From the NCBI GenBank assembly GCA_047947115.1, contig CP170459.1:5728001-5792000 (forward strand): a stretch of DNA of 64,000 nucleotides. Reading direction: 5' to 3'. This document shows positions 10,412-21,151 of this stretch, piece after piece. The position numbers and the translations under genes are program-made. The stretch's first letter is position 1. Every line of letters starts with the position of its first letter. This DNA is from Verrucomicrobiota bacterium (GTDB taxonomy: Bacteria > Verrucomicrobiota > Verrucomicrobiia > Limisphaerales > AAA164-E04). The notes below the pieces were generated by a model. The model saw nothing but the letters and a program-made list of their open reading frames with translations. It did not search any database and had not been told where the DNA came from.

Positions 10412-11275
10412 ATGTTGAAGTTTTTTGGCAACAAAGGGGGATCGGATGACTCCCCGACTGGGCCAGGCCCATTTGGTCCTTATCAACTGCAGGAACTGAT
10501 CAATACCGGCGGTATGGCGGACCTTTGGCTGGCGACCAATCCGGAAGGCCAGACCGTGGCGGTGCGCCTGCTGCTTTCAAAACTGAAAGGTGATGGCATT
10601 GCGCGCAAACGATTCATCGCAGGTTGCGAGATACTCGCTGCAGTGCATGATCACGAATATCTCATTCACTACGTCGAGCATGGCAAACTGCAGGGCCAGC
10701 ACTTCCTCGTCATGGAGTACGTGGAGGGGCTGAACCTCAAGGAAGCGATGGCGGAAGAGACCATGGACCTCAGCGACCTGATCGGCAACATCCTGATCGA
10801 CAGCGCCGAGGCTCTGGAACACGTCCATGACTGCGGCTACATGCACCTGGATTTCAAACCCGAAAACATTCTGGTCTCCCGCAACGGCAACGTGAGATTG
10901 CTGGATTTCGACCTTTCACAACCCCGCCCTGAAACACCGGTCAAACTTCAGAAAAACCCGGGCACACCAGCCTACATGGCCCCAGAACAACTGCAACGCG
11001 AACCCATTGATCATCGGGTGGATATTTTTGCATATGGTGTCATGGCTTATGAGGTTTTGACCGGACAAAAACCCTTTCAAGGAAGCACCCCGGACGAAAT
11101 CCTCCGCAGACAAATCCACCGAGGCAGCGAGTTCAAAACACCAAGAGACCTGAACCCACACATCCCGGTTGCTCTGGAAAAAATCATTCTGAAGGCCATT
11201 GAAGCAGACCCCAACAAACGGCATGGACATATCAGTGTGCTTTTGCATGAATTAAAGACCGCACTTTACGTCTGA
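10412..11275 (+). CDS. Stand-alone Hanks-type Ser/Thr kinase domain with atypical motifs
   Basis: GGMA, HLDFKPEN, GTPAYMAPE, DIFAYG present; VAVR and DFD replace VAIK and DFG. Confidence 0.88.
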   Translation: MLKFFGNKGGSDDSPTGPGPFGPYQLQELINTGGMADLWLATNPEGQTVAVRLLLSKLKGDGIARKRFIAGCEILAAVHDHEYLIHYVEHGKLQGQHFLVMEYVEGLNLKEAMAEETMDLSDLIGNILIDSAEALEHVHDCGYMHLDFKPENILVSRNGNVRLLDFDLSQPRPETPVKLQKNPGTPAYMAPEQLQREPIDHRVDIFAYGVMAYEVLTGQKPFQGSTPDEILRRQIHRGSEFKTPRDLNPHIPVALEKIILKAIEADPNKRHGHISVLLHELKTALYV

Positions 11276-11355
11276 TTCTCCAGGTATTTTTGCCTTTCGT
11301 GGAACCCCGGAATGACCTATCTTTCCGGTCGAATTCCAGAACATACAATCGAAAC

Positions 11356-12672
11356 ATGAAAGCAAGCACAGCCCTGGTAATCTTGATGGGTCTCGTACTA
11401 TTGACCCAATCCACACACGCCGCCAACTGGCCGCAATGGAGAGGACCTCACTTCAACGGTTCCACCGAAGAAAGCAACCTGCCCTTACAGTGGTCCAAAA
11501 CGGACAATCTGGCCTGGACGAGAGACCTGCCCGGCAGCAGCGCCGCCACACCAATCGTCTGGAACGACAAGGTGTTGATTTCGACCACAGATGATGCGGA
11601 TGAAACCCTGCTGGCCATGTGCCTGGATCGCAAAACAGGCCATACCATCTGGTCCAGCAAAGTGGCCACCGGGCTAAAAAGGGACAGCCGCAGCAACTAT
11701 GCCTCTCCATCTCCGGTGACAAACGGGAAACAAGCCATTTTCTTCTACGGCAACGGTGAGATGGTTGTTTTCGACATGGACGGCAACAAACTCTGGGGCA
11801 CCAACATCCAAAAACGTTGGGGCGATTTCTGCTTCCAATGGACCTTCAGCAGCACACCGCTGCTATACGACAACACCCTTTTCCTCCAGGTCTTGCAGCG
11901 CGATGTTCCCGTGCACGGCAAAGGATTCAGTGATCGCCCCAACGAGTCCTACATCGCAGCCTTTGACCCGGCAAACGGCGACTTGAAATGGAAGATCACG
12001 CGCCCCAGCAAAGCGCAGGCAGAGTCGCTGGAATCCTTTACCACTCCCATGCCTTACACTCATGATGGTCGCACGGAAATCCTCATTCTCGGGGGAGACG
12101 ACATCACCGGTCACGACCCGACCACCGGCAGGGAACTGTGGCGCTGGGGCACTTGGAATCCCTCACGCATCGGGCATTGGCGGTTGGTCCCATCGCCCGT
12201 TGCAGGTGACGGTATTGCACTGGCCTGCGCCCCCAAGCGAGACCCTATTTACGCAGTCAAGCTGGGTGGAAACGGCACCTTGACCGATGATGCCCTGGCT
12301 TGGGTCAGCCGTGACGATCGCAACTTAAGCTCGGACGTTCCCACGCCGGCTTTTGCACACGGCGACTTTTTCATCCTGAGTGATGTTCGCGGAGCGCTTT
12401 CCCGCGTTGAATCCAAAACCGGCAAAATTAAATGGAGCACCGAACTCCCTGGCCGCAGCAAATATGAAGCGTCTCCAACGGTGGCAGACGGCAAGGTTTA
12501 CATCATGAACTTTGCCGCCGAGGTGGTGGTTCTGGACGCCGAAACGGGCGAAATCAAGTCCAACATTCCCATGGGTGAACGCGGGGATGATATGACACGT
12601 TCAGCCATCGCGGTCTCTCACGGCAATTTATTCATTCGCACCAACAGCAAACTTTACTGCATCGGAAAATAA
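11356..12672 (+). CDS. PQQ-binding-like beta-propeller protein (BamB-like), secreted
   Basis: Signal peptide then NWPQWRGP; repeated SP/TP...W blades; LFIRT..KLYCIG end. Confidence 0.88.
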   Translation: MKASTALVILMGLVLLTQSTHAANWPQWRGPHFNGSTEESNLPLQWSKTDNLAWTRDLPGSSAATPIVWNDKVLISTTDDADETLLAMCLDRKTGHTIWSSKVATGLKRDSRSNYASPSPVTNGKQAIFFYGNGEMVVFDMDGNKLWGTNIQKRWGDFCFQWTFSSTPLLYDNTLFLQVLQRDVPVHGKGFSDRPNESYIAAFDPANGDLKWKITRPSKAQAESLESFTTPMPYTHDGRTEILILGGDDITGHDPTTGRELWRWGTWNPSRIGHWRLVPSPVAGDGIALACAPKRDPIYAVKLGGNGTLTDDALAWVSRDDRNLSSDVPTPAFAHGDFFILSDVRGALSRVESKTGKIKWSTELPGRSKYEASPTVADGKVYIMNFAAEVVVLDAETGEIKSNIPMGERGDDMTRSAIAVSHGNLFIRTNSKLYCIGK

Positions 12673-12673
12673 C

Positions 12674-13432
12674 ATGTTTTCAATTACAAGTATCATGAAA
12701 AAAAAGTTCGGAAAGCTCAGTCTCACAACCCTCGCTGTCTTGATGTCTATCTCAGCACACCTGCAGGCAGCGGAATCATCGGATAAGAAAAAGGACCAAG
12801 CGCCCCCCATTGTCACTCCGGGTGAAAATGGGTCAGCTCCATCGGATGCCATCGTGCTCTTTGACGGGTCAAATCTGGATGAGTGGCAAAGTGGAGACGC
12901 TGCCGCCAAATGGACACTTCTAAAGGCTGAATCTGCCATGGAGGTTAAGAAAGGAACAGGAGTGCTCCAAACAAAAAAAACATTCGGTGATGTACAGTTA
13001 CACATCGAATGGGCAACCCCCAGCGAGGTCACAGGATCGGGGCAGGGCCGGGGAAACAGTGGCGTTTACCTGCAAGGTCGCTACGAAATCCAGGTACTGG
13101 ACTCATTCAACAACGAAACCTATTATAACGGGCAGGCGGGTGCCTTCTACAACAATGCAGCGCCGCTGGTCAACGCATCACGTCCTCCCGGCAAATGGCA
13201 GACCTACGACATTATTTTCGTGGCGCCTAAACCACAAGAAGACGGTTCCGTCAAACCAGGTTCCTTCACCGTGCTACACAATGGCATCCTGATCCAACAT
13301 CAAACCCCCATCACCGGGAAAGCCTCAACCGCGGCCGCCTACTCAGGTGCGACACCCAAAGGTCCGCTGGTTTTGCAGGATCATGGAAATCCGGTTCGGT
13401 ATCGCAACATCTGGATTCGCGAATTAAATTAA
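12674..13432 (+). CDS. DUF1080 / 3-keto-disaccharide hydrolase family protein
   Basis: LFDG, GNSGVYL..RYEIQVLD, WQTYDI, LQDHG..VRYRNIWIREL; alternative ATG at 12695. Confidence 0.9.
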   Translation: MFSITSIMKKKFGKLSLTTLAVLMSISAHLQAAESSDKKKDQAPPIVTPGENGSAPSDAIVLFDGSNLDEWQSGDAAAKWTLLKAESAMEVKKGTGVLQTKKTFGDVQLHIEWATPSEVTGSGQGRGNSGVYLQGRYEIQVLDSFNNETYYNGQAGAFYNNAAPLVNASRPPGKWQTYDIIFVAPKPQEDGSVKPGSFTVLHNGILIQHQTPITGKASTAAAYSGATPKGPLVLQDHGNPVRYRNIWIRELN

Positions 13433-13477
13433 AAAGACTCCTCACTTTTTAAAATTCAAGGACGGCTTCGAACAGGA

Positions 13478-14524
13478 TCATTCCTGAGCCTTCGAAGCCG
13501 TTTCTCTTTTCTGAACCTGATGTATCTCCAACAAAGCCAAGGTGGCCCAGGCGGACGTGGAGATCCATTGCGCATGGCTTTCCTCCCCTGATGGCCGCGT
13601 GGTCTCCCGCCAGCTTCCATCCGGCAACTGCTCGGCAATGAGGAAAGACAAACCACGGTTCATGATCATGGCAATCCGCTCGTCCCTGGCATGCGGCAAC
13701 ATCGCGAGCAAGGCCAGTGCCGTATCAAACACTTCCGGAGGCCGGTGCGGGTAAGGCCCCCACCCACCAAGTGTGGTCTGCGAACGCATCAAATACTCCA
13801 ATCCAAGCACGGCATCCCCTCCTGCCTGAACACCGCTTTCACGAATGAACATAAGCTTGGCGGCGGTTTGGGAAACATTTTCCATAGACATGTTGCGCAG
13901 AAACCCGGACGCCATGCGAACGGATTCCTTCGTATCCTCTATGGGAGCATGATTCAAATAGATCCAGGCTTTCAAAGTGGCCAGCGCATTTCCGGGTGCC
14001 GCCGGTGAACCAAGCGAATCCTGTTTTTCGATCACCCAGTTACCGTCAGGAGTTTGATGATCCAGCAGCAGACGTGCCACTGATGGACTCCATTTGTCAC
14101 CTGGCAATAGCCCGGCATCAATGGCCCGAACCAACGCCGAAGCAAATTGTATGTCCGCCAATTGTTGATCACCGACATTGGGATCTCCCTGCTGCTTGTC
14201 CCATCGCTCGGGATTCGAAAGCCAATCCACAGTCGATGCCATGGAACCAGCCTCCACACCCCAACCAAACTGTTTTGCCCTGAACAATGCCTGGGCTGCG
14301 TCACTGTTGTTATGACACGAAAAACAACCATTCTCCTTCGGCCAGGAGGAAACCTGTTCTTCCAGGAAATCCAGGGCCAACCGGGTGGAATCCACCAATT
14401 GTTTGTTCGGAAACGGCCCTGACAAACTTGCAGCCCGCATGGTATGCAGGTTCTCAACCATCCAGGCAACCACCAAGATGCAGCTAAATAACATCCTTGT
14501 TCGCATGGGACTCAACTTACTCAC
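13478..14524 (-). CDS. Prenyltransferase/squalene-cyclase-like repeat protein with one CxxCH, secreted
   Basis: Q..DG.W repeats (HQTPDGNW, SQTTLGGW, EQLPDGSW); CFSCH near the N-terminus. Confidence 0.7.
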   Translation of the reverse strand: MSKLSPMRTRMLFSCILVVAWMVENLHTMRAASLSGPFPNKQLVDSTRLALDFLEEQVSSWPKENGCFSCHNNSDAAQALFRAKQFGWGVEAGSMASTVDWLSNPERWDKQQGDPNVGDQQLADIQFASALVRAIDAGLLPGDKWSPSVARLLLDHQTPDGNWVIEKQDSLGSPAAPGNALATLKAWIYLNHAPIEDTKESVRMASGFLRNMSMENVSQTAAKLMFIRESGVQAGGDAVLGLEYLMRSQTTLGGWGPYPHRPPEVFDTALALLAMLPHARDERIAMIMNRGLSFLIAEQLPDGSWRETTRPSGEESHAQWISTSAWATLALLEIHQVQKRETASKAQE

Positions 14525-14627
14525 CCGGGAGAGGATGAAAAAGCATTAATAATGACTGGCACAAGGAACCGAAAAACTACAAACCCAACCATGGAACACA
14601 ACCCCATGATGTGCTAAGATCGATCCC

Positions 14628-15149
14628 ATGCAGTCTCTCAATAACAAAATGAAAAGATACATCCAGGGGTGGATCATCGCCTTCTCTTACCTGGCAAGCT
14701 TGACTGCCCTCCCTCCTCTGTTGGCTGATCCTGAATCTCCGTTGGCAGGCATGGAGAGATATAAAAACCTGACCAAAATCCAAATCAAAGGCAACATCGT
14801 ATGCCTCCATGAAGCGATGAACAAGGAATTCGGCATGAACATCCCAACCGTCCATGACCATGTTTACGGATTCAAAACAGAAGAGGGCACCTTCTACCTC
14901 TTTCTGAAGAACAACCTGTCGGCTGCCGTGTTTGATGACGAGCGCGTGCGCGATCGGGAACTCATCCTGTCCGCCTGGCTGTTCCCCAAATCAAACATCA
15001 TCGACATCGTCTCCATGAAATCCGTCAAAGATGGAGTCCTCCACGACCTCTACTACTACTGCGTCATCTGCGCCATCCGCTCCGCTGTCCCGGGCCCCTG
15101 CATGTGCTGCCAGGATGATGTGGAGTTTGTCGAAAAGCCGTTGGATTGA
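14628..15149 (+). CDS. Hypothetical exported Cys/His-rich protein
   Basis: Signal-like N-terminus, VCLHE, HDH, C-terminal YYYCVIC...PGPCMCCQ. Confidence 0.7.
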   Translation: MQSLNNKMKRYIQGWIIAFSYLASLTALPPLLADPESPLAGMERYKNLTKIQIKGNIVCLHEAMNKEFGMNIPTVHDHVYGFKTEEGTFYLFLKNNLSAAVFDDERVRDRELILSAWLFPKSNIIDIVSMKSVKDGVLHDLYYYCVICAIRSAVPGPCMCCQDDVEFVEKPLD

Positions 15150-16161
15150 TTTTTTTAGACAGCCACCTGCTCACCCAATCCTTCATCGACTGCCACATCG
15201 CGTCGGAACATCCGTGCCCCACACCTTGGATCAGTTCTGACCTGAATGCCTCCGCTTTGTTGTAAAGCTCGTAGATCCTGCTCACTTCTTTTTCGGTCGT
15301 TCGGATACCCGGTAGTGGGGATAATCCATCCTCCATACCGTTCATGCATAACAAAGGTCGAGGCGCCGCAAGGGCGAGAATGGACTCCAGATCGCAGTAT
15401 TCCATGAGTCCAGGAACAAAGAAATACATCCCATGCAGATTCAGCGCCCTGGCTTGCACTAAATCCCGATAGCGCACCATGCAGGCAATGGCCACTCCGG
15501 CGACCAACTCCTCTTCGAAAGCCATCAACCATTGGGTGCGTGTGGCGCCCATGCTCATCCCGGCCGCAGCAATGCGTTTGGCATCGACCTCGCGACGTTG
15601 CTGCAAGTAGCGAAATGCTGTCCGGTCATCCCAAAGTATCCGCCCCCACAACGTGCTACCCTGCCAAAGAAAAAATTTGAACAAACTGTGCTCCCCCTCC
15701 TGTTCAAAGTCCTCACACGTCTCAGCGCCCGCACCATGACGCTCTCCAAAACCAAAAGTATCCACACAAAGCACGGACATGCCCATCTCAAGAAAACATT
15801 GAACCGGCGACTCGGGCGTGTGACGATTCTCAAACAGTTCGTCCTTTCCCACCTCATACTCACCTCCATGCCAATGACACCACAAAACGGCGGGACCGGG
15901 CTCGACAACATTCTTCGGAGCTGCATACCAGGCGGGCATGCCCGTCTCGGTTCCATTATCAATCCGGAGTTTCTCCACAACACCAAGCGTATGGTCCTGA
16001 CGCCATAACACCTCGGCTTCGACTGTTTTCGGAATGCACGGAAGACAACCCAGATGACGACCTATTCCCTCGCGTATCTCCTCCCGATGCTTCAGCCATG
16101 TTGCGTGATCGGAGGCGCACTGACTCAAATCGATCAAAGGAGGCTTCATGGAGTAAAACAT
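15064..16161 (-). CDS. Alpha/beta hydrolase (dienelactone hydrolase / acetylxylan esterase-like)
   Basis: HWHGG, GMSMG nucleophile elbow, APRPLL, D and GH triad candidates. Confidence 0.82.
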   Translation of the reverse strand: MFYSMKPPLIDLSQCASDHATWLKHREEIREGIGRHLGCLPCIPKTVEAEVLWRQDHTLGVVEKLRIDNGTETGMPAWYAAPKNVVEPGPAVLWCHWHGGEYEVGKDELFENRHTPESPVQCFLEMGMSVLCVDTFGFGERHGAGAETCEDFEQEGEHSLFKFFLWQGSTLWGRILWDDRTAFRYLQQRREVDAKRIAAAGMSMGATRTQWLMAFEEELVAGVAIACMVRYRDLVQARALNLHGMYFFVPGLMEYCDLESILALAAPRPLLCMNGMEDGLSPLPGIRTTEKEVSRIYELYNKAEAFRSELIQGVGHGCSDAMWQSMKDWVSRWLSKKINPTAFRQTPHHPGSTCRGPGQRSGWRR

Positions 16162-16946
16162 TTCCCGAGGGCATCCTTCATAGGGTTCGCCCCCCGTTCA
16201 CAAAAACCCATGTGCGCATGGGGGCGCCAGCCTTCGGCACATTCAAACATACCGGATTGACGTCCCATCTCGCGCGTCGTTTTCTCCATATCCTTCAGAT
16301 AGGAATCCATTCCCTGGGAAACATCCAACCATTCCTTCTGGCTGGCATGTGCTGAAAGAGCCGCGCGCTTTCGTTCCATCAAATCCCCGACATCCACAAA
16401 CATACGGGCCTTCACGGGATCCCCGAAACCATCCACCAGTTCATGTGGCATGGCGTGATAAAGGGTTACTTCCTGAGAGACGGGTGACACCGGTGGGTCG
16501 GTTTGATAATTGGGCATCCCCCTTGCAAACGCCGCTGACACTGCCAGTCGACAGGCATTCATGTGGTCCTCCATGTAATCCACAGGGGAGTGAATCAACA
16601 AGATTTCCGGAGCCACCTGCCGGATGATTGCCGCCAATCGACGCAACAAATCATCGTTGTAAAAAACCTCCAGATCTCCCGTCAGAGGCGGGTACCACTG
16701 CGCGCCCAATATTTGCGCCGCCTTCCGCGCTTCATCGGCACGTATGGCGGCGGTGGTTTGGGCGTCATGCTCCAAACTTCCACAGCAGCCATTGGCAATG
16801 TTCATGTAATGCAACTCCCATCCCGCTTCCCCAAGCCGCATCAAAGTCCCCGCCATCATGAACTCAATGTCATCCGGATGCGCGGCAATGGCCATGGCTT
16901 TCCGCTTCCCCGCACCTAAAACTGCTGCAGATTTCGTCTTATCCAT
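16146..16946 (-). CDS. PIG-L/LmbE family deacetylase
   Basis: AHPDDIE, R..E, DYMEDH, HASQ motifs. Confidence 0.9.
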   Translation of the reverse strand: MDKTKSAAVLGAGKRKAMAIAAHPDDIEFMMAGTLMRLGEAGWELHYMNIANGCCGSLEHDAQTTAAIRADEARKAAQILGAQWYPPLTGDLEVFYNDDLLRRLAAIIRQVAPEILLIHSPVDYMEDHMNACRLAVSAAFARGMPNYQTDPPVSPVSQEVTLYHAMPHELVDGFGDPVKARMFVDVGDLMERKRAALSAHASQKEWLDVSQGMDSYLKDMEKTTREMGRQSGMFECAEGWRPHAHMGFCERGANPMKDALGKCFTP

Positions 16947-16973
16947 GACTAGGAAATGGATATCTGACAGAAC

Positions 16974-18002
16974 CTAAGCAACCTTGACTGGTTTTCCGGT
17001 CTTGGCAGACCGATCCGCAGCGAAGATGATTTCGTGCGATCGAAGGGCGTCATCAATGTTTGTCAAAGGCATCGGCTTATTCTTCTTCAGCGCAGCGAAG
17101 AAGGCCTCAAATTGTGTCTGGTAAGGATGATCCGACACATCCCCGCTATCGAGCATCTTCATCGAAAGTTCGCTCCACCGGGTCTTGTCCAACCCACCCA
17201 TCTTTGAACTGTGCAATTTATTGTCCAGCAAACTGCCTTCGCTTCCAACCAGGTGGGTGTGGAAATAGTAAGGTTGAATAGAGTCAATCACCGAAGCCAC
17301 TTTACCGATCCGGCCGTCCTTGAACTTCAAAAGGGTCACGCTGCTGGTGTCGTATTCGTAGGCTTTGAAATCCTTGTTCTTCGACCCGGTCGAAAGACTT
17401 TGCACCGATTCAACATCAGAGCCCATGCAGAGCAACAGCGCATCCAAAGCGTGACATCCCGCAGACAACAGACTACTGCCCCCGGCATCCTTCCTGGTAT
17501 TCCAACGATACTGACCATACCAGGGACCGATGCCGTGATAATAATCAATTTCGCCATAATGAATTTCCCCGAGTAATCCCTGGTCAATGATGGCCTTGGT
17601 GGTCAGAAACTGGCTCGAATATCGGCACTCGAAACAAATGCAGGACTGCACCTTGGCCTTCTTCACCGCGTCGCGTATTGCCACACAATCCTTCCATGAA
17701 AGCGCCATTGGTTTTTCGAGAATGATGTGCTTGCCCGCCTTGGCGGCAGCCACGGCATGCTCGCGATGCTGGTAGGGATAACTACAGATCGAAATCACAT
17801 CCAGATTGGGATCCTTCAGCATGGCCTTGAGATCCTGGTAACACTGAATGTCACTCCCGTGCGTGGCACTGACCTCCGCTGAATCCAATGACCTGGAGGA
17901 AAACACCGCTGTGACCTGTGCATTGGCCGAAGCATTAATGGCCTGAATGTGCGCTCCCGCCACCCAGCCGTAACCGATGATACCGACATTAAACTTTTTC
18001 AT
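16974..18002 (-). CDS. Gfo/Idh/MocA family oxidoreductase
   Basis: GIIGYG Rossmann motif, EKP, GG.LL..GCH..D; likely ATG at 18002. Confidence 0.92.
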   Translation of the reverse strand: MKKFNVGIIGYGWVAGAHIQAINASANAQVTAVFSSRSLDSAEVSATHGSDIQCYQDLKAMLKDPNLDVISICSYPYQHREHAVAAAKAGKHIILEKPMALSWKDCVAIRDAVKKAKVQSCICFECRYSSQFLTTKAIIDQGLLGEIHYGEIDYYHGIGPWYGQYRWNTRKDAGGSSLLSAGCHALDALLLCMGSDVESVQSLSTGSKNKDFKAYEYDTSSVTLLKFKDGRIGKVASVIDSIQPYYFHTHLVGSEGSLLDNKLHSSKMGGLDKTRWSELSMKMLDSGDVSDHPYQTQFEAFFAALKKNKPMPLTNIDDALRSHEIIFAADRSAKTGKPVKVA

Positions 18003-18212
18003 GGATGCAATATGACAATTGGAAATATCACCTACCATAGACAACCCCGACTCCCAGGACAAGAACGAGCTGAGGGAAAGATATTTCCAGACAGGGTGAA
18101 CAAAAATTGGCCGAACGTGATGGCTCTCTCGCAGCTGCTTGTCGCGCAGCTGCGAGACAAAGCACTCAATCAGGAGATCGACGAACGACAGTCATTTGGC
18201 ATCAGGTAGAGA

Positions 18213-20828
18213 TCATCGAATCACCGCCACCCAATCCTGATCCGGATCATTCGGTGGCATCCCAATGGTTACGCTCTCCCCCCCCTTAAGCTCTCTCACC
18301 GAACCAACCAGCAGTGGACCACCTTCTCTTGGATTAAACCATCGAACACTGAAATCCCCATCTACTCCGGACAGATCCAACGTGGTTGAGCCACCCTCCG
18401 GAAGATAGATCAGGTAGTTTTCACCCGGGGCGGCAAGACAGTATTTACCATTGTTGAACTCTGGATTCCCGATGAGTTCATCAGCTGTGTTCATGTTCCA
18501 AAAAGGAATGTTCTGTTGCCGGAAGAAATCCAACGCAATCCGACAATAATTCCAGGACTGGTCACGACTTCTCCAATCCTCGCAAACCAAATCGTTTTGC
18601 GGCAGTTTGTATCCGAAGTAATACTCAACACCACCACCTCCACCCATGAGTGTTCCCCAAAGGGTATATTTACGGACTTCGTGTTGGGTGTGGATTTTCT
18701 TACCGTCTGCAGGATCGGTCCCGTCAAAACCCTGGTATCCCAGGTCGGGAACCTGTGCATATTGTGCCGTGCCGGATTCATCGAAAGCGACCACCCAGGG
18801 TTTTCCTGCTTCAGCGGAAGCCCGTGTCCATTTGACCACCTGCCAATGGGTGTCCCGGATGTTACTATTTTGCAAGGAGGGACCGGTCAACACAGAACCG
18901 TTCCCCAACAACGGGCGATACACCTTGTCCTGCTGTTCTGGAAAGGTATGTAGCACGATGTGATGATCGTAAGGATCCATGTCCCGTATGTATTGCGACA
19001 TGGCACGTTGCTCTTCCGTGGATTGAGTGTTCTCTTCACCAAGGTTCCAATTCAGCGCCAGCGCATGACCAAAGCGTGCTATCATTTCACGACAATAGAG
19101 TTTGCGTTCAATTCCGAGCGCCCCACCATCCAAGGAAGTGGGCACATTTCCATCGTTGGCCTGATGCCCCCGACGGTTGTCGTCCATTTCGGTCTCCTGC
19201 AATTTAAAATGCAAATAAAGGCCTTTCGCTGTGGCGTGATCGAAAACAATACCCCATTGATCCAACTTGGAACAATCGTAGTGTCGTTTTTCGTCACGCC
19301 CGACAAACGGCCACACATTATCACCATCCCCCCCCGCATTGTAGGTCAGAAAGGAAAACACATTGCAGCCTTTCCCGGATAAATAATTCAAAGCGCCAAT
19401 CATCCCCTTCCCTTTGCCGTTGCCCCAGGTTGGATCACCGCCGTGCCAATCCCTGATATGCGGTTCCCATGTCTTCAACGGAACACTCTGGGGTTTACCT
19501 GCAATCGTTCCGTCAAAGTCGGCATATCCCAGAAAAGTCTCGGGAGCATCGGCACCGGCTTTCAGGAAATACTCACCCGTCCCTGCGAACTGGAGATAAT
19601 GTCCGCCCACATATTGCAATCGACCTTTTGCCCGGAAGTCGGGTGCCTGTTTGTTGGTCGGCATGACGTCAAAACTCCCCTGAATTCCGTGATACGGACT
19701 GACCTCCCTGGTCTCCATATCGTGGTGACCAATCAATCCGTCACCTTGATGAAACTTTATGTCATAGTTCCATCTTCCGGTTTTATCGGGTGACAAGTGA
19801 GCGCGCCATTTGTTTCCTGAAGCAGCGGAAGTTTGAGCCGCGTTGCCATCGGCAGCAAAATACCCCGGCACCAGATAATCAGGACTTCCCGAAGCATGCG
19901 TAAAGCGAACCTGCATTCGCAGATCAGTAAAGGGGTTTGGTGAAGTGTCGGTTTCACGCGCAAAAGGACCATCCAGCGTCAACGTGAGTTTATGCCATTG
20001 ACGCCGTTCGCCTGAAACATGGACCGAACCGTCGCCATCAGGGAGACGTTCCTCTTGATTCTGCCCCAGGGAAACCGCCACTTTCGGGAAAGGCTTGGGC
20101 GCTTCTCCGGCAATCACCTTTGAAGCTGGAACCACACCCTCAACGCGTTCCAAAGATCGATCAAGTGTCAGAAGAAATTGATCAAACTCAAAACCATCTT
20201 CCCGCATGGAAAACATGATGTCATGAACACCCGGTTTCTCGACATCGAGGAAAATCTTGTAAGGCTCGCCGCAATGCTGATCCTGTGTACGCTGTTTACT
20301 CTCCCATCGCCAGGCACGCTTCCCCTCGCACCACTGCATGCGTTGACCGCTTTCCGGCCAGGTCCCGTTGAGCCCCACGTGAATTCCATTATCTTCACTC
20401 CCTGTGGAAAAGGCACGCACCCAGACATAATACCGCCCTGGGTTTTGAAAGTGAGCCCTGTAATGCAGCACCCCCAGCTTGCCTGGCTCATTGCTGAAAT
20501 TTTCCTGGTGAATGAGCTTCTCACCATGATTTCTCCTGGAATCAGGAAGAATCTCCAGATAGGCGTTGCCACTGGCACCTTCCAAGTGCGGTCCGTCCCC
20601 GTCAGGCTCAATTTGGGGATTTTCCTCATGGGAAATGACATGCCATGCCCGTGTTTCCGCCAGGGTTTGATCGTAAAAATGTTCAGCTTCGATGATCAAC
20701 AAGCCCTTCGACTCTTGGAAAACCGTCGCATCAGTGACGACCGGGGCAGGATTCGCGGCGAGCAAACCCTGCAGTGCAAAACACATAACAAAGCTTCTAG
20801 CGACCGAAAACACGAAATAATCTTTCAT
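18213..20828 (-). CDS. Secreted DUF5060-containing glycoside-hydrolase-like protein with C-terminal collagen-binding-like domain
   Basis: PNPF.D...F...SG...[25 protein letters not shown] tail; likely ATG at 20828. Confidence 0.72.
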   Translation of the reverse strand: MKDYFVFSVARSFVMCFALQGLLAANPAPVVTDATVFQESKGLLIIEAEHFYDQTLAETRAWHVISHEENPQIEPDGDGPHLEGASGNAYLEILPDSRRNHGEKLIHQENFSNEPGKLGVLHYRAHFQNPGRYYVWVRAFSTGSEDNGIHVGLNGTWPESGQRMQWCEGKRAWRWESKQRTQDQHCGEPYKIFLDVEKPGVHDIMFSMREDGFEFDQFLLTLDRSLERVEGVVPASKVIAGEAPKPFPKVAVSLGQNQEERLPDGDGSVHVSGERRQWHKLTLTLDGPFARETDTSPNPFTDLRMQVRFTHASGSPDYLVPGYFAADGNAAQTSAASGNKWRAHLSPDKTGRWNYDIKFHQGDGLIGHHDMETREVSPYHGIQGSFDVMPTNKQAPDFRAKGRLQYVGGHYLQFAGTGEYFLKAGADAPETFLGYADFDGTIAGKPQSVPLKTWEPHIRDWHGGDPTWGNGKGKGMIGALNYLSGKGCNVFSFLTYNAGGDGDNVWPFVGRDEKRHYDCSKLDQWGIVFDHATAKGLYLHFKLQETEMDDNRRGHQANDGNVPTSLDGGALGIERKLYCREMIARFGHALALNWNLGEENTQSTEEQRAMSQYIRDMDPYDHHIVLHTFPEQQDKVYRPLLGNGSVLTGPSLQNSNIRDTHWQVVKWTRASAEAGKPWVVAFDESGTAQYAQVPDLGYQGFDGTDPADGKKIHTQHEVRKYTLWGTLMGGGGGVEYYFGYKLPQNDLVCEDWRSRDQSWNYCRIALDFFRQQNIPFWNMNTADELIGNPEFNNGKYCLAAPGENYLIYLPEGGSTTLDLSGVDGDFSVRWFNPREGGPLLVGSVRELKGGESVTIGMPPNDPDQDWVAVIR

Positions 20829-20934
20829 AATAGTCTCGCATATCACAGGCCGCCTCCAAAAAAAGCATGAGGGATTTCCGACCATTTTGATAATTGTTGG
20901 AGTTAGTGAAGAATAAATGGGAGTAGCCCGCAAG

Positions 20935-20965
20935 CCAACATTAGAATCCAACATTAGAATCCAAC
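20935..20965. repeat. 13-bp tandem repeat (CCAACATTAGAAT x2 + CCAAC)
   Basis: Read directly in the divergent intergenic region. Confidence 0.8.
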
Positions 20966-21151
20966 GTTGGAAAAACGCTTTGGACATCCCGCTTAGATCA
21001 TCAGGAGGGAATTGACTTTGAACCTTCCCTTCCTCTAGGTTGTCCAACTCAATTGGAGACAAAGCAGCCTACGACAAGTATCGTCACAGCCTGGTATCGC
21101 ATATGCTAACGTTTGAATCGAGCAGCACACGGCTCCAATGGGGAAATGATT

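Noticed and set aside
15064..15149. 86-nt convergent overlap next to a T7 run (possible frameshift)
   Set aside because: Both ORFs look complete; cannot distinguish a natural tail extension from an error.
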